DNA from: Nanobdellota archaeon
GTDB lineage: Archaea; Nanobdellota; Nanobdellia; Parvarchaeales; Parvarchaeaceae
NCBI GenBank assembly: GCA_021807125.1
Contig: JAKAPK010000001.1
Coordinates: forward strand, 54,354-118,353
Reading direction: 5' to 3'
DNA: 64,000 nt
How positions within the stretch are numbered: position 1 is the first letter of the stretch; every line of letters begins with the position of its first letter. Below, in pieces: positions 26,693 through 35,567 of this stretch. The translations under genes were made by a program, and so were the position numbers. Below the pieces are notes generated by a model, which did not search any database, was not told where the DNA came from, and saw nothing but the letters and a program-made list of their open reading frames with translations.

Positions 26693-28816
26693 TTAAGAAT
26701 ATTTTGATTTTACTATTCTTTCTAGTCTTGAACCGCCATTCTCTTTTAATATTTCATGCATAGCCTGTGAAGGTATGAATACGTGCCTAATATAAGATGT
26801 ACCTATGTTTGTATCCGAGGGAACATAAGTCATTTCGAATCCTTTTGTGAAATCGTTCTTGGATATTATTTCGCTTTCAAAAGTCGTTCTGTCTTGTAAC
26901 GCTGCAGAAGTGCATGCGAACATAGTTTTCCATTTTCCCCCGACTTTCTTTGATACATAGACTGCATGTTCCTCGTGGCAGTCACCGGCAAAAGCGAAAT
27001 CTACATCGTTCCCAGCCTTTATTGCCTTTTTAAGCAATGCAGTACCTGCATCGACTCCACCACGATAACCAGGACTGTGTAGCATGTACGCTTTGTATCC
27101 TGCTATATCTACAGGGGAATTATCCCTAGACACTTGGTCAGTATATATTACGTTTGCGCCAGCAGCACTGAATACAGGCCCATACATACCAGTTTCGCTA
27201 GCATGTGATGCTGCCTTTTGTACATGGTTTCCCGGGGCTGCCGCAACGTTTTTATAATTCTTAGCTACTCTTGAGAATACTCTGCATGCCTGCGCATTTT
27301 GCATGCCCAAATCCGGTAAAGGAGTGCCATAAACTAGCCTTCTGAAAAGCTCTAATTTTTCTTCCGCAGAGCTGGAGTTCTCTAGTTTATCCAATAAATC
27401 ATCATATATCGGTCTCTTTGGCCAAAGTATATCGGTCCAACTCGCTTTGTCCCCTCCTGCATGAAGTATGTCGCCTAGGAGGAGCAACATTCTTTTGTCT
27501 CTAGGCATTTTACTCTTATTTGATATAATTTCAAATGCTTCCATTAATTCGTAAGTAGTTTCAAGACTTGGAGAACCGACATGCGTGTCAGAGAGATGTG
27601 TTATTTCATACAATTCTTTTTCTGGACTGCTTCTCAGTTTAGCAGTATTTATCTTGCCCTTTAACCCATCAAAACTTATGTGTTCCATATCGGCGATGTT
27701 GTTGTTATGTAGAGTGAATATCATCATTGCACTGTCTTCCGGTTGGTCTACACGTTTTGATTCCCTAGTTTTGTTCCAGCCGGTCATCTTTCGTATTTGC
27801 CCGTCTAAATCCTGTAACGGCCCGCAATTTAATAGGTATACCGGGTTTTTCTTCGATGGCTTATCCACGGATGTGAAACTAGTAGCAGATTCGTCGCCTC
27901 GAAGATATATGTCTGCTAGTCTTCCCTGTAATTCGTCTAAATTAAGTTTTTCTATCGACATTACCGTACCTCTTTCGGTAGGTTTGCCTTCACTGTTTCC
28001 TGCGTAGCGACCATTTATAGCGTGCATTGCCCTTATTTTTACGCCTTTGATTACTATGTCGTTTTCATATCTTTTTAGTGTGTTTATGTCACCGCTTTCA
28101 TCATCCCCAACTATTTCCAAATCAGCTTTGTTTTTACCTTCTGAGAATATAGACGTTATCCACTGTTTGTATATGTTCAATGCAGTGTCCTTTATACCTT
28201 GTTTGTCTTTGTTTTTCCACTGAGATGCCTTAACATTGTAACTTTTCTGTAAGAAATCAAGAAGATCTGTATCCACTCCCCTTATATTTGACGCAAGGGA
28301 TTCGTCTTTCTCTTCCTTTGATGATGACTTGTCAAAGTAAGCACTGACCTTTTCAAAAACAGATATCAGCGTTTCAACGTTCTTGTAATCATTTTCTGAG
28401 AAAATGTAGTATATTTTTGCGCCTTTCTTTCGCGATTGTGAAACAACTTCACGCATCTGTATCTTAGCTAGCCTCACTGCTTCTTCAAGAGAGTCTATAG
28501 AGTCCGAATCATTATTTTCTTTTACTGCTTTGTAAATTTTGTCGCCGTATCGTTCTTTTAAGCGATCCTCAAGTAAATCGAGTCTTTCACCGCGGCGCTT
28601 GCTGTATTTATTAGGAACTTCTGCAAGACCGCCGTTTATTACTATTGCATCTATCTTGCCGTTATATTGTCTTATTTGTTCACCGACACCGTATAATACA
28701 TCTGGGTCACTTAATTTTGTAGCTAGTTCGAGTTCGGACAGTAAAACTAATCTTAATTTTACGTTTTCTCCCTTATCCAAAATCTCATCTAACTTAGACG
28801 AACCCTTAATAGACAT
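26693..28816 (-). CDS. Tandem calcineurin-like metallophosphoesterase (degenerate N-terminal copy plus intact C-terminal copy)
   Basis: 707 aa. The C-terminal half has HLSDTHVGS, LLLGDILHAG, APGNHV, YMLHSPG and FAGDCHEEH, i.e. all MPE metal-ligand motifs. The N-terminal half has the same spacing with substituted residues (VLLSELE, VINGGL, FSENDY, RAMHAING). Confidence 0.65.
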   Translation of the reverse strand: MSIKGSSKLDEILDKGENVKLRLVLLSELELATKLSDPDVLYGVGEQIRQYNGKIDAIVINGGLAEVPNKYSKRRGERLDLLEDRLKERYGDKIYKAVKENNDSDSIDSLEEAVRLAKIQMREVVSQSRKKGAKIYYIFSENDYKNVETLISVFEKVSAYFDKSSSKEEKDESLASNIRGVDTDLLDFLQKSYNVKASQWKNKDKQGIKDTALNIYKQWITSIFSEGKNKADLEIVGDDESGDINTLKRYENDIVIKGVKIRAMHAINGRYAGNSEGKPTERGTVMSIEKLNLDELQGRLADIYLRGDESATSFTSVDKPSKKNPVYLLNCGPLQDLDGQIRKMTGWNKTRESKRVDQPEDSAMMIFTLHNNNIADMEHISFDGLKGKINTAKLRSSPEKELYEITHLSDTHVGSPSLETTYELMEAFEIISNKSKMPRDKRMLLLLGDILHAGGDKASWTDILWPKRPIYDDLLDKLENSSSAEEKLELFRRLVYGTPLPDLGMQNAQACRVFSRVAKNYKNVAAAPGNHVQKAASHASETGMYGPVFSAAGANVIYTDQVSRDNSPVDIAGYKAYMLHSPGYRGGVDAGTALLKKAIKAGNDVDFAFAGDCHEEHAVYVSKKVGGKWKTMFACTSAALQDRTTFESEIISKNDFTKGFEMTYVPSDTNIGTSYIRHVFIPSQAMHEILKENGGSRLERIVKSKYS

Positions 28817-28990
28817 CTGCTCCTCCCTCTTAATATTAATGATATTTGATATATTGAAACGTTTGATTATAAATACTTTTTAGATATTACGATTGTATTA
28901 CGCTAAGAAAAATAGAAATTAAATTTATTAAATTATGTCTAAATTTCGGTCGCAATAATTAATAAATACTAGGTGTAATCATCTGTTTTT

Positions 28991-30661
28991 ATGAATTTTA
29001 AGTTTATGTCTAAGAAAGGTCGCGGAAATACATTCAAACAGAGGTTAGACTATCTTCTCGACGGTAGTGTAAGTTATAGAACTAACAAAAGAAAAAACTA
29101 CACAATATATGATCTTGATTTAGACATGAAAGAATGCACACTTCGCCATGTAAATAACCCGCTATTTGAAAAGCTTAGCGAATTAGAAATAAACGAATTC
29201 AGTAACTTATTTGGAGCGAACCATGAGAGGGATCAGAAACCGGTTGAAAACCCGATATTTCTTTATAATAACTCCGTAGCTTTCCGCTCCTTATATATAT
29301 CCCTTGATAATCTTCGCTCGCTGGGAAGATTAGAAGGGGTCTTAAGGAGCGCCAGGGAAAGACTATCACAGGTTTACGGCGGGATCGAAATCGAATATAA
29401 CTATGATAGGATAAACCAAGAATCTGGGTTCAGTTTAGTAAAAAAATCAATATTCGGTTTAAAAAGCGAGATAATGGGCCTTAGCTTAACCCCCGTTCGC
29501 GTTAAACAAGATCCAAAATCTATCTTAAAATATTCATTCATCAACTTCAATGTAAACAGAAAATTTATAAAACATCATAATGAAATAATAAAGACCTTTT
29601 CAGATCTATGGGAATGTATGATTTTACCGGAGAAAAGCGAGTTAATAGACCTTGTAAATAAAGTTAATGAAAACGAGATGCAAAATGCCCAAAATAACCC
29701 CGGAAACGGTCTAAAAACAAAGAACGATTCGCAAGAATCAGAATCGCATACTCTTGAGGATAGAATGTCGATGTTAGGCCTAGTGGAATATCCAAAGACA
29801 ACGAGTATGGACAGCGTCGGCGGATATCAAAAAATAAAGGAACGACTGGAAAAGCAATTGTTTATACCCTTCTCAAATTCTAATATACTAGATGAAATAA
29901 TAGCCGCTTCCGGTGGTTTGAATCTCCCCCATCCAAAGGCAATGTTGTTTTATGGTCCGCCAGGAACAGGCAAGTCTCTGATGGCAAGGGCTTCAGCAAG
30001 CAAAAGCGGTATAAACTTTCTTTATCTCAATGCAATGGAGTTATACACAAAATGGTTTTCTGAATCTGCAAAGAGGATGAAAGAAGCACTAGATACCGTT
30101 TCAGAATACACTCAGAAACATGGAAAAACAATACTATTCATTGACGAGCTAGATTCTATAGGAAAAAGGATAGACCCTTCTTCTTCAACGGATACTGAAG
30201 ATAATCGAGTTGTGAATGTATTGTTGACGAAACTTAGCGGGTTAGATACTTCAGAAAATGATAAGAACCTTGCTCTAATAGGTGCAACAAACTTTTATGA
30301 CAAGAAAACCCTGGAGCCATTAATAGACGTGGCCCTGAAATCACGGATGGGGGAAAAGATATTTTTCCCACCGCCGTCATTTATAGATCTAAAAGCCATA
30401 TGGAAAGTATACGAACCAAGACTTTCCGATGACGACACAAGCATGTTAGCAAGAGAGTCCGATGGCTTTTGCGGCAGGGATGTAGAAATAACTATAAATA
30501 ACGCAAGAAACAATTTTTTAGCGGATATAGTCGAGAAAAAAAGTCAGGAAAGGAAAATAACCATAGATTATTATTTTAGGGCTATATCAGAGCTGAAATC
30601 AAATCCGGGACAAATTAAACAACAAGGCGAAAAAGAGAATTTGAAAAACTTATACTCTTAA
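28991..30661 (+). CDS. Classical-clade AAA ATPase with a ~280-aa unrecognised N-terminal region
   Basis: 556 aa. Walker A GPPGTGKS, Walker B ILFIDELDS, SRH-like ATNFYDKKTLEPLIDVALKSRMGEKIFFPPPS. The alternative start is at 29006. Confidence 0.8.
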   Translation: MNFKFMSKKGRGNTFKQRLDYLLDGSVSYRTNKRKNYTIYDLDLDMKECTLRHVNNPLFEKLSELEINEFSNLFGANHERDQKPVENPIFLYNNSVAFRSLYISLDNLRSLGRLEGVLRSARERLSQVYGGIEIEYNYDRINQESGFSLVKKSIFGLKSEIMGLSLTPVRVKQDPKSILKYSFINFNVNRKFIKHHNEIIKTFSDLWECMILPEKSELIDLVNKVNENEMQNAQNNPGNGLKTKNDSQESESHTLEDRMSMLGLVEYPKTTSMDSVGGYQKIKERLEKQLFIPFSNSNILDEIIAASGGLNLPHPKAMLFYGPPGTGKSLMARASASKSGINFLYLNAMELYTKWFSESAKRMKEALDTVSEYTQKHGKTILFIDELDSIGKRIDPSSSTDTEDNRVVNVLLTKLSGLDTSENDKNLALIGATNFYDKKTLEPLIDVALKSRMGEKIFFPPPSFIDLKAIWKVYEPRLSDDDTSMLARESDGFCGRDVEITINNARNNFLADIVEKKSQERKITIDYYFRAISELKSNPGQIKQQGEKENLKNLYS

Positions 30662-30682
30662 GAGAAGATTTGTAACCTTTTT

Positions 30683-31408
30683 TCACCAAACGTCCTTTTT
30701 TATATTTTCTTTTTTTACGCCTAAGACCAGTAGATAATCTGTCATTGCTTTGGTAAACTCATTAGATCCGCAAAGATAACAAGTACGCTCACCGATGTCT
30801 TCAACTTCTTTTTCTATCAGCTCTTTAGTTATCCTTCCAGTATATCCTTGCCAAACATCATTTTGTTCCGGCTTTGTGAGAGTTATTATTGTCTTAAGTT
30901 TTGTCCTTGATTTAATACTGTTCAGTTCATCGCGTTTTATTATTCCATTTGTCGTTTTTACACTGTATAACATTACGACATCTTCGTCAAGGCCATTGCC
31001 TTCTATACCTCTAAGCATAGACATAAATGGGGATATTCCGGTTCCAGCAGCTATGAAGAGTGATTTTTTATTTTCACTCTGGGAGAATTTGAATTTCCCA
31101 TAAGGCCCGCTTATATAATATAAGTCCCCTTTTTTAGCAGAATCCAATTTAGAAGTAAGTTTTCCACCCACCATACCTATATAAAATTCCAATATCTTGG
31201 AACCCGGCGCAGAAGCCACAGAATAAGCCCTCTTTATTTTTGAGCCATCGTTATCCCTATATTCTATCATAAAGAACATGCCCGGCTCGAATGCGACTTC
31301 CTGGTCGTTTGTAGGTGAAAATCTAAACATCTTAACATTTTGCGTCTCTTGCTCGACTTCATCTAGCTTATACGGAGACGATATTATCTGTTCTATACGT
31401 TCAGACAT
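30683..31408 (-). CDS. FNR-family FAD/NAD(P)-binding oxidoreductase
   Basis: 241 aa. RAYSVAS (RxYS FAD motif), GPYG, AAGTGISPFMSML (NAD(P) motif), YLCGS. Confidence 0.75.
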   Translation of the reverse strand: MSERIEQIISSPYKLDEVEQETQNVKMFRFSPTNDQEVAFEPGMFFMIEYRDNDGSKIKRAYSVASAPGSKILEFYIGMVGGKLTSKLDSAKKGDLYYISGPYGKFKFSQSENKKSLFIAAGTGISPFMSMLRGIEGNGLDEDVVMLYSVKTTNGIIKRDELNSIKSRTKLKTIITLTKPEQNDVWQGYTGRITKELIEKEVEDIGERTCYLCGSNEFTKAMTDYLLVLGVKKENIKKDVW

Positions 31409-31440
31409 AATATTTTATAACGGTCGAATTATTAAAATGC

Positions 31441-32196
31441 TTACTTTTTGTGAACTTTAAATATAATAGTAGGCGCGATCAGCTTTACCAACCGCATTGA
31501 ATATCCCTCTTCCCATATCCTTTCGCCGCGTTTTTTTATTTCGAACGGTTCTGTAACAGAACCCAATTCGAATCCAGAATCAAGCAGTTCGTTGATTATA
31601 TCGCTTACCTTTCTTTTGTAGAATATGAATCTATGTTTAGAGCCATCAGGCCACGTTTCTTTTTGAATTTTCTTTCCAGTGTCATAATAACTTTCTTCTA
31701 TCTTGTTATTTTTCGGGGACATTAACAGATAGAACGGATGTTCCAAACTGAAAACGAACGTCCCTCCTTTTTTTAGTACTCTTTTAACTTCTAAAAAGCA
31801 TTTTTTTAGATCTTTGATGTACATAAGGGTTAAAGCGGAAAATACGACGTCGAAATAATTATCACCCAACATTTTTAGGTTTTCCACGTTGCCCTTTATG
31901 AAATTAACTTCGACATTATTTTCAGAAGCGAGTTTTTTTGCAAACTCCAGCTGTTTTGATGATATATCTATCGCAGTAGGCAGAGCGCCTTTCTTTGCAA
32001 ATGCGATAGAGCATTGTCCACCACCACAGCCAAGCTCTAGTACTCGCTTTTTATTAACGTTTCCCAAAAGTTTCAGTGCGTTTTCATTAGGGGAGAACGG
32101 GCCGTAGTGGGCTTCTTTCGTTGGGATTTTAGTTTCTTCTTGATAATACTCTGATGCTTCATCCCACCACCGTTCAATCTCATTTTTCATAGACAA
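31441..32196 (-). CDS. Class I SAM-dependent methyltransferase
   Basis: 251 aa. Motif I VLELGCGGGQCSI. Post-I AIDIS. FDVVFSALTLMY. Confidence 0.8.
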   Translation of the reverse strand: MSMKNEIERWWDEASEYYQEETKIPTKEAHYGPFSPNENALKLLGNVNKKRVLELGCGGGQCSIAFAKKGALPTAIDISSKQLEFAKKLASENNVEVNFIKGNVENLKMLGDNYFDVVFSALTLMYIKDLKKCFLEVKRVLKKGGTFVFSLEHPFYLLMSPKNNKIEESYYDTGKKIQKETWPDGSKHRFIFYKRKVSDIINELLDSGFELGSVTEPFEIKKRGERIWEEGYSMRLVKLIAPTIIFKVHKK

Positions 32197-32227
32197 CTAC
32201 AAGACTGCAAAAAGTTTAAAAGCAAGT

Positions 32228-33010
32228 TCAGCTTAAAAGCGCCCCGCCGTCAACAACTATCTGGCTGCCAGTCATGTAAGAAGACATGTCAGACGCCAAG
32301 AACAAGGCAACTTTACCTATTTCATCAGGATTCCCAAGTCTTCTCATAGGTATTTTGTTCAAAAAACTCTCTAATATGAGTTTAGGATCCACACCATCCG
32401 GTAACGGCATGCTTTTCTGTAATCTTTGTACTCCAGGCGTTAATATGCCACCCGGTGCAATTGCGTTAACTGATATCCCATATTGAGCCAGTTCAAGCGC
32501 AATGTTTTTGGTGAATCCCCACAAGCCATGTTTTGATGCATCGTAGTGCGCAAGGCCAACAGAAGAAGGATGCAAAGCGTCTATAGACGTTATATTTATT
32601 ATTTTACCACCCTGCTTTCTTTTTATCATATCATCACTAGCATATTTCGTGCATAAGAAAGCACCTTTAAGGTTAACAGCTAGAACCTTTTCGAAATCCT
32701 GTATAGACATGTCTTTGAGCGGTATCGTAGGATATATTCCTGCGTTATTTACTAGTATGTCAATTGCACCATACTTGCTTATTGTTTTCTCCATTAAATT
32801 TTTTACGCTTTGCTCAACAGAAACGTCAGTATCTACAAAAATTGCCTTTAATCCTGCAGAAGCCAAGTTTTCCTCTGCAGATTTTCCAGCCTCTTCATTT
32901 CTTTCCGCAATAACTATACTGGCACCTGCCTGTGCTAGCCTGTTAGAGATGCCGTACCCGATTCCTAGCCCTCCGCCAGTGACTATTGCCGTTTTACCCG
33001 TAAGATCCAA
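32228..33010 (-). CDS. Short-chain dehydrogenase/reductase (FabG/glucose dehydrogenase-like)
   Basis: 260 aa. TGGGLGIGYG, NNAGI, catalytic YDASKHG, APGGILTP. Confidence 0.9.
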   Translation of the reverse strand: MDLTGKTAIVTGGGLGIGYGISNRLAQAGASIVIAERNEEAGKSAEENLASAGLKAIFVDTDVSVEQSVKNLMEKTISKYGAIDILVNNAGIYPTIPLKDMSIQDFEKVLAVNLKGAFLCTKYASDDMIKRKQGGKIINITSIDALHPSSVGLAHYDASKHGLWGFTKNIALELAQYGISVNAIAPGGILTPGVQRLQKSMPLPDGVDPKLILESFLNKIPMRRLGNPDEIGKVALFLASDMSSYMTGSQIVVDGGALLS

Positions 33011-33259
33011 AAGTTTATCGTTACTTATCTTATCCCTTTCTATTTAATGAAATATACACTGCAACCTTAAAAATGTTTTTAAATAAACCCATAGATAATG
33101 GTACATGTATTTTAATTATGTGGTGACGATTCAATAATTTCTTCGTTTTTTTATCTCGTAATCTAATTAATAATATTTACAAATAAAATTTTAGCTATTA
33201 ACTTTAGACCGTTTTTAGCGCAAAATTATGTTTTTATTGTATAAAATAAAATTAACTTT

Positions 33260-33625
33260 ATGGCTAGTATATCGGAATTACAAAAAGAAGCGCGCAAGTT
33301 TATAGACGACAGAGATTGGCGAAAATTCCAGACCGCAAAGGAATTAGCCGCAAATATATCCGTAGAGGCAAACGAATTGCTCGAACTCTTCCTTTGGAAG
33401 AATGAGAAGGATATTGACAGAGATATTCTAGGCGGAAATGACAAAGAATTACTTAGAAAAATTAAGAATGAGACCGCAGACGTTTTTTTAGGATGTTTAG
33501 CTCTAGCGGACCAGGCAAATTTCGATTTGGAAGAAGCATTTCTATCTAAGTTTGAAGAACTTAAGAAGAGATACGATCCTAAAAAAGTGAAAGGAGACCC
33601 GAGCAAAATACCGTCAAATGACTGA
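33260..33625 (+). CDS. MazG-like nucleotide pyrophosphohydrolase (dCTPase/YpjD-like)
   Basis: 121 aa. RDWRKFQTAKELAANISVEANELLELFLWK and ETADVFLGCLALADQANFDLEEAF, ending in KKRYDP. Confidence 0.75.
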   Translation: MASISELQKEARKFIDDRDWRKFQTAKELAANISVEANELLELFLWKNEKDIDRDILGGNDKELLRKIKNETADVFLGCLALADQANFDLEEAFLSKFEELKKRYDPKKVKGDPSKIPSND

Positions 33626-33653
33626 TTTCGTTGTATTAAATACGGCAATTATA

Positions 33654-33725
33654 TGGGCCCAAGGCGAATTGAACGCCTACCTCCCGCACGTCAAGCGGAC
33701 GTCATAGCCATTAGACTATGGGCCC
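33654..33725 (-). tRNA. tRNA-Val (anticodon GAC)
   Basis: Hand-folded. Acceptor GGGCCCA/TGGGCCC plus A. Anticodon arm TCCGC-TTGACGT-GCGGG. T arm AGGCG-TTCAATT-CGCCT. 72 nt. Confidence 0.85.
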
Positions 33726-33773
33726 ATACGAATGATAAAATAGGTTAAAATTTAAATACGTTTTATTGCTATT

Positions 33774-35039
33774 ATGCTTATGCAATACGACCTTAACTAC
33801 GTGAAGGAGAACAGGGAAGCTCTTTTGAAAAGTATGAAAAAAAGAGGTATAGACTACCCTATAGATGAAATTATAAGCGCTCATGAAAATGTGAAGCAGT
33901 TGAATCGTGAAATAGACGAGTTGAGACACAAGAGGAATGAGATAAGCAAGAACTTTAAAGGACAAAGTGAAGAGGACAGGAAACTAGTTAAAAAGACCAA
34001 AGAGGACATAGAAAAAAAGGAAAAACTGACCGGCGAACTTGCTTCTAAGGCGAATAGGCTGTTCCTTAGCATGCCTAACATACTTGATGAATCTGTACCT
34101 ATCGGCAAGGACGATTCAGAAAATGCAGAGATAAGGCGCTGGGGGGAATTGCGCAAGAGGCCTTTCGTAGTAAAAGGACATGAAGAAATAGGCATAAGTA
34201 AGGATATAATAGACATGGAGCGCGCCGCCAAAATCACCGGAAGCCGGTTCTTTTATTTAAAAGGAAAGCTCGTGAGACTGCAATTAGCGCTTGAAGCATA
34301 TGTCTTCGATAAACTCATAAAGAAAGGATATACTCCTATCATACCTCCTTTCATGATGCGTAGAGAGGGATACGAAGGCGTGACTGCCCTTGCAGATTTT
34401 GAAGATGTACTATATAAAGTCGTAGGCAGCGAAGATACAGGCGAATCCGACAGGTATCTGATAGCCACATCAGAACACCCAATGACAGCGATGTACATGA
34501 ATGAAGAGATACCGGAGGAAAAGCTACCAATAAAGTTCGTAGCCAGAAGCCCTTGCTTTAGGAGAGAAGCAGGTGCGCATGGAAAAGATACAAAAGGAAT
34601 ATTCAGGGTACATCAATTCGAAAAAGTAGAACAATTCGCGATATGTAAGCCAGAGGATTCTCCAAAACTGCAAGAGGAACTTATAAAAAACGCAGAGGAA
34701 ATATACCAGGAACTTGGTTTGCCGTATCATGTTGTAAATATATGCACTGGTGATATTGGCATAGTAGCAACAAAGAAATATGATATAGAAGCGTACATGT
34801 TCGCTCAAGAAAAATATCGTGAAGTGGTTTCCTGTTCAAACTGCACAGATTGGCAGAGTAGGAGGCTTAACATAAAATATGTTGATAAATCTGGCAAGAA
34901 AGATTTCGTTCATACGTTAAATTCTACAGCTATAAGCCAGAGGCCATTGGTAGCAATATTGGAAGCGTATCAAAATGAGAAAGGCTCAATAAAATTACCG
35001 GAAGTTCTTGCGAAATACGCCGGATTTGACGAGATTTAG
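33774..35039 (+). CDS. serS: Seryl-tRNA synthetase
   Basis: 421 aa. N-terminal coiled coil. Class II motif 2 FRREAGAHGKDTKGIFRVHQFEKVE. Motif 3 region TLNSTAIS.RPLVAILE. Confidence 0.9.
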   Translation: MLMQYDLNYVKENREALLKSMKKRGIDYPIDEIISAHENVKQLNREIDELRHKRNEISKNFKGQSEEDRKLVKKTKEDIEKKEKLTGELASKANRLFLSMPNILDESVPIGKDDSENAEIRRWGELRKRPFVVKGHEEIGISKDIIDMERAAKITGSRFFYLKGKLVRLQLALEAYVFDKLIKKGYTPIIPPFMMRREGYEGVTALADFEDVLYKVVGSEDTGESDRYLIATSEHPMTAMYMNEEIPEEKLPIKFVARSPCFRREAGAHGKDTKGIFRVHQFEKVEQFAICKPEDSPKLQEELIKNAEEIYQELGLPYHVVNICTGDIGIVATKKYDIEAYMFAQEKYREVVSCSNCTDWQSRRLNIKYVDKSGKKDFVHTLNSTAISQRPLVAILEAYQNEKGSIKLPEVLAKYAGFDEI

Positions 35040-35093
35040 ACGTTAACGCGATTAAAATTAACGTAATATATATTAAGCCCCCCAATAGCTGTT

Positions 35094-35567
35094 ATGTCAA
35101 GACTAACATGGGATGAGTACTTTATAAGCCTTATGCACGCCGTATCACAGCGTTCGACGTGTGACCGCGGCATGGTCGGGTGTGTTGTTGTAAAAAACAG
35201 GAGAATATTGTCTACTGGATATGCTGGTTCCCCGCCAGGTTTACCGCACTGCGATGAAGCAGGTCATCAGCTCCGGAAAATGCTGGATGAAAATGGAAAG
35301 GAAACACAGCACTGCGTAAGGACAATACACGCGGAACAAAATGCGATAGCACAGTCAGCTCGTTTTGGTACGTCAATAGACGGTTCGACTTTCTACGTAA
35401 AAATGGAGCCGTGTTACACCTGCGCTAAACTAATAATAGCCGTCGGCGCCAAAAGAGTAGTTTGTGAAAGCACTTATCATGCCGGAAAGGATTCCAGAGA
35501 AGTTCTAAATAACGCAGGAATAGAACTTGTCGTACTAAATGACCGCGAGTTAGACTATCCCAAATGA
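35094..35567 (+). CDS. Deoxycytidylate (dCMP) deaminase, ComEB-like
   Basis: 157 aa. WDEYF..LMHAVSQRSTC.R..VGCVVV, HAEQNAI, EPCYTCAKLI. Confidence 0.85.
   Translation: MSRLTWDEYFISLMHAVSQRSTCDRGMVGCVVVKNRRILSTGYAGSPPGLPHCDEAGHQLRKMLDENGKETQHCVRTIHAEQNAIAQSARFGTSIDGSTFYVKMEPCYTCAKLIIAVGAKRVVCESTYHAGKDSREVLNNAGIELVVLNDRELDYPK

Noticed and set aside
26693-28816. The 707-aa metallophosphoesterase considered as the PolD small subunit (DP1) or Mre11
   Set aside because: I could not recognise a DP1-type OB-fold or N-terminal region, nor the PGNHDA context. No Rad50, HerA or NurA partner is adjacent for an Mre11 assignment. It is kept as an uncharacterised tandem MPE pending profile searches.
33011-33259. 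250-bp very AT-rich spacer considered as a replication origin or ncRNA locus
   Set aside because: No orc1/cdc6 gene is adjacent. I saw no repeated ORB-like inverted repeats and no stable stem-loops or small conserved ORFs. It is probably a divergent promoter region.
33226-33648. 140-aa minus-strand ORF, longer than the plus-strand MazG-like ORF it overlaps
   Set aside because: The plus-strand frame carries clear MazG-family motifs (EANELLE, ETADV...DLEEAF). The minus-strand frame is Ser/Phe-rich with no motif.
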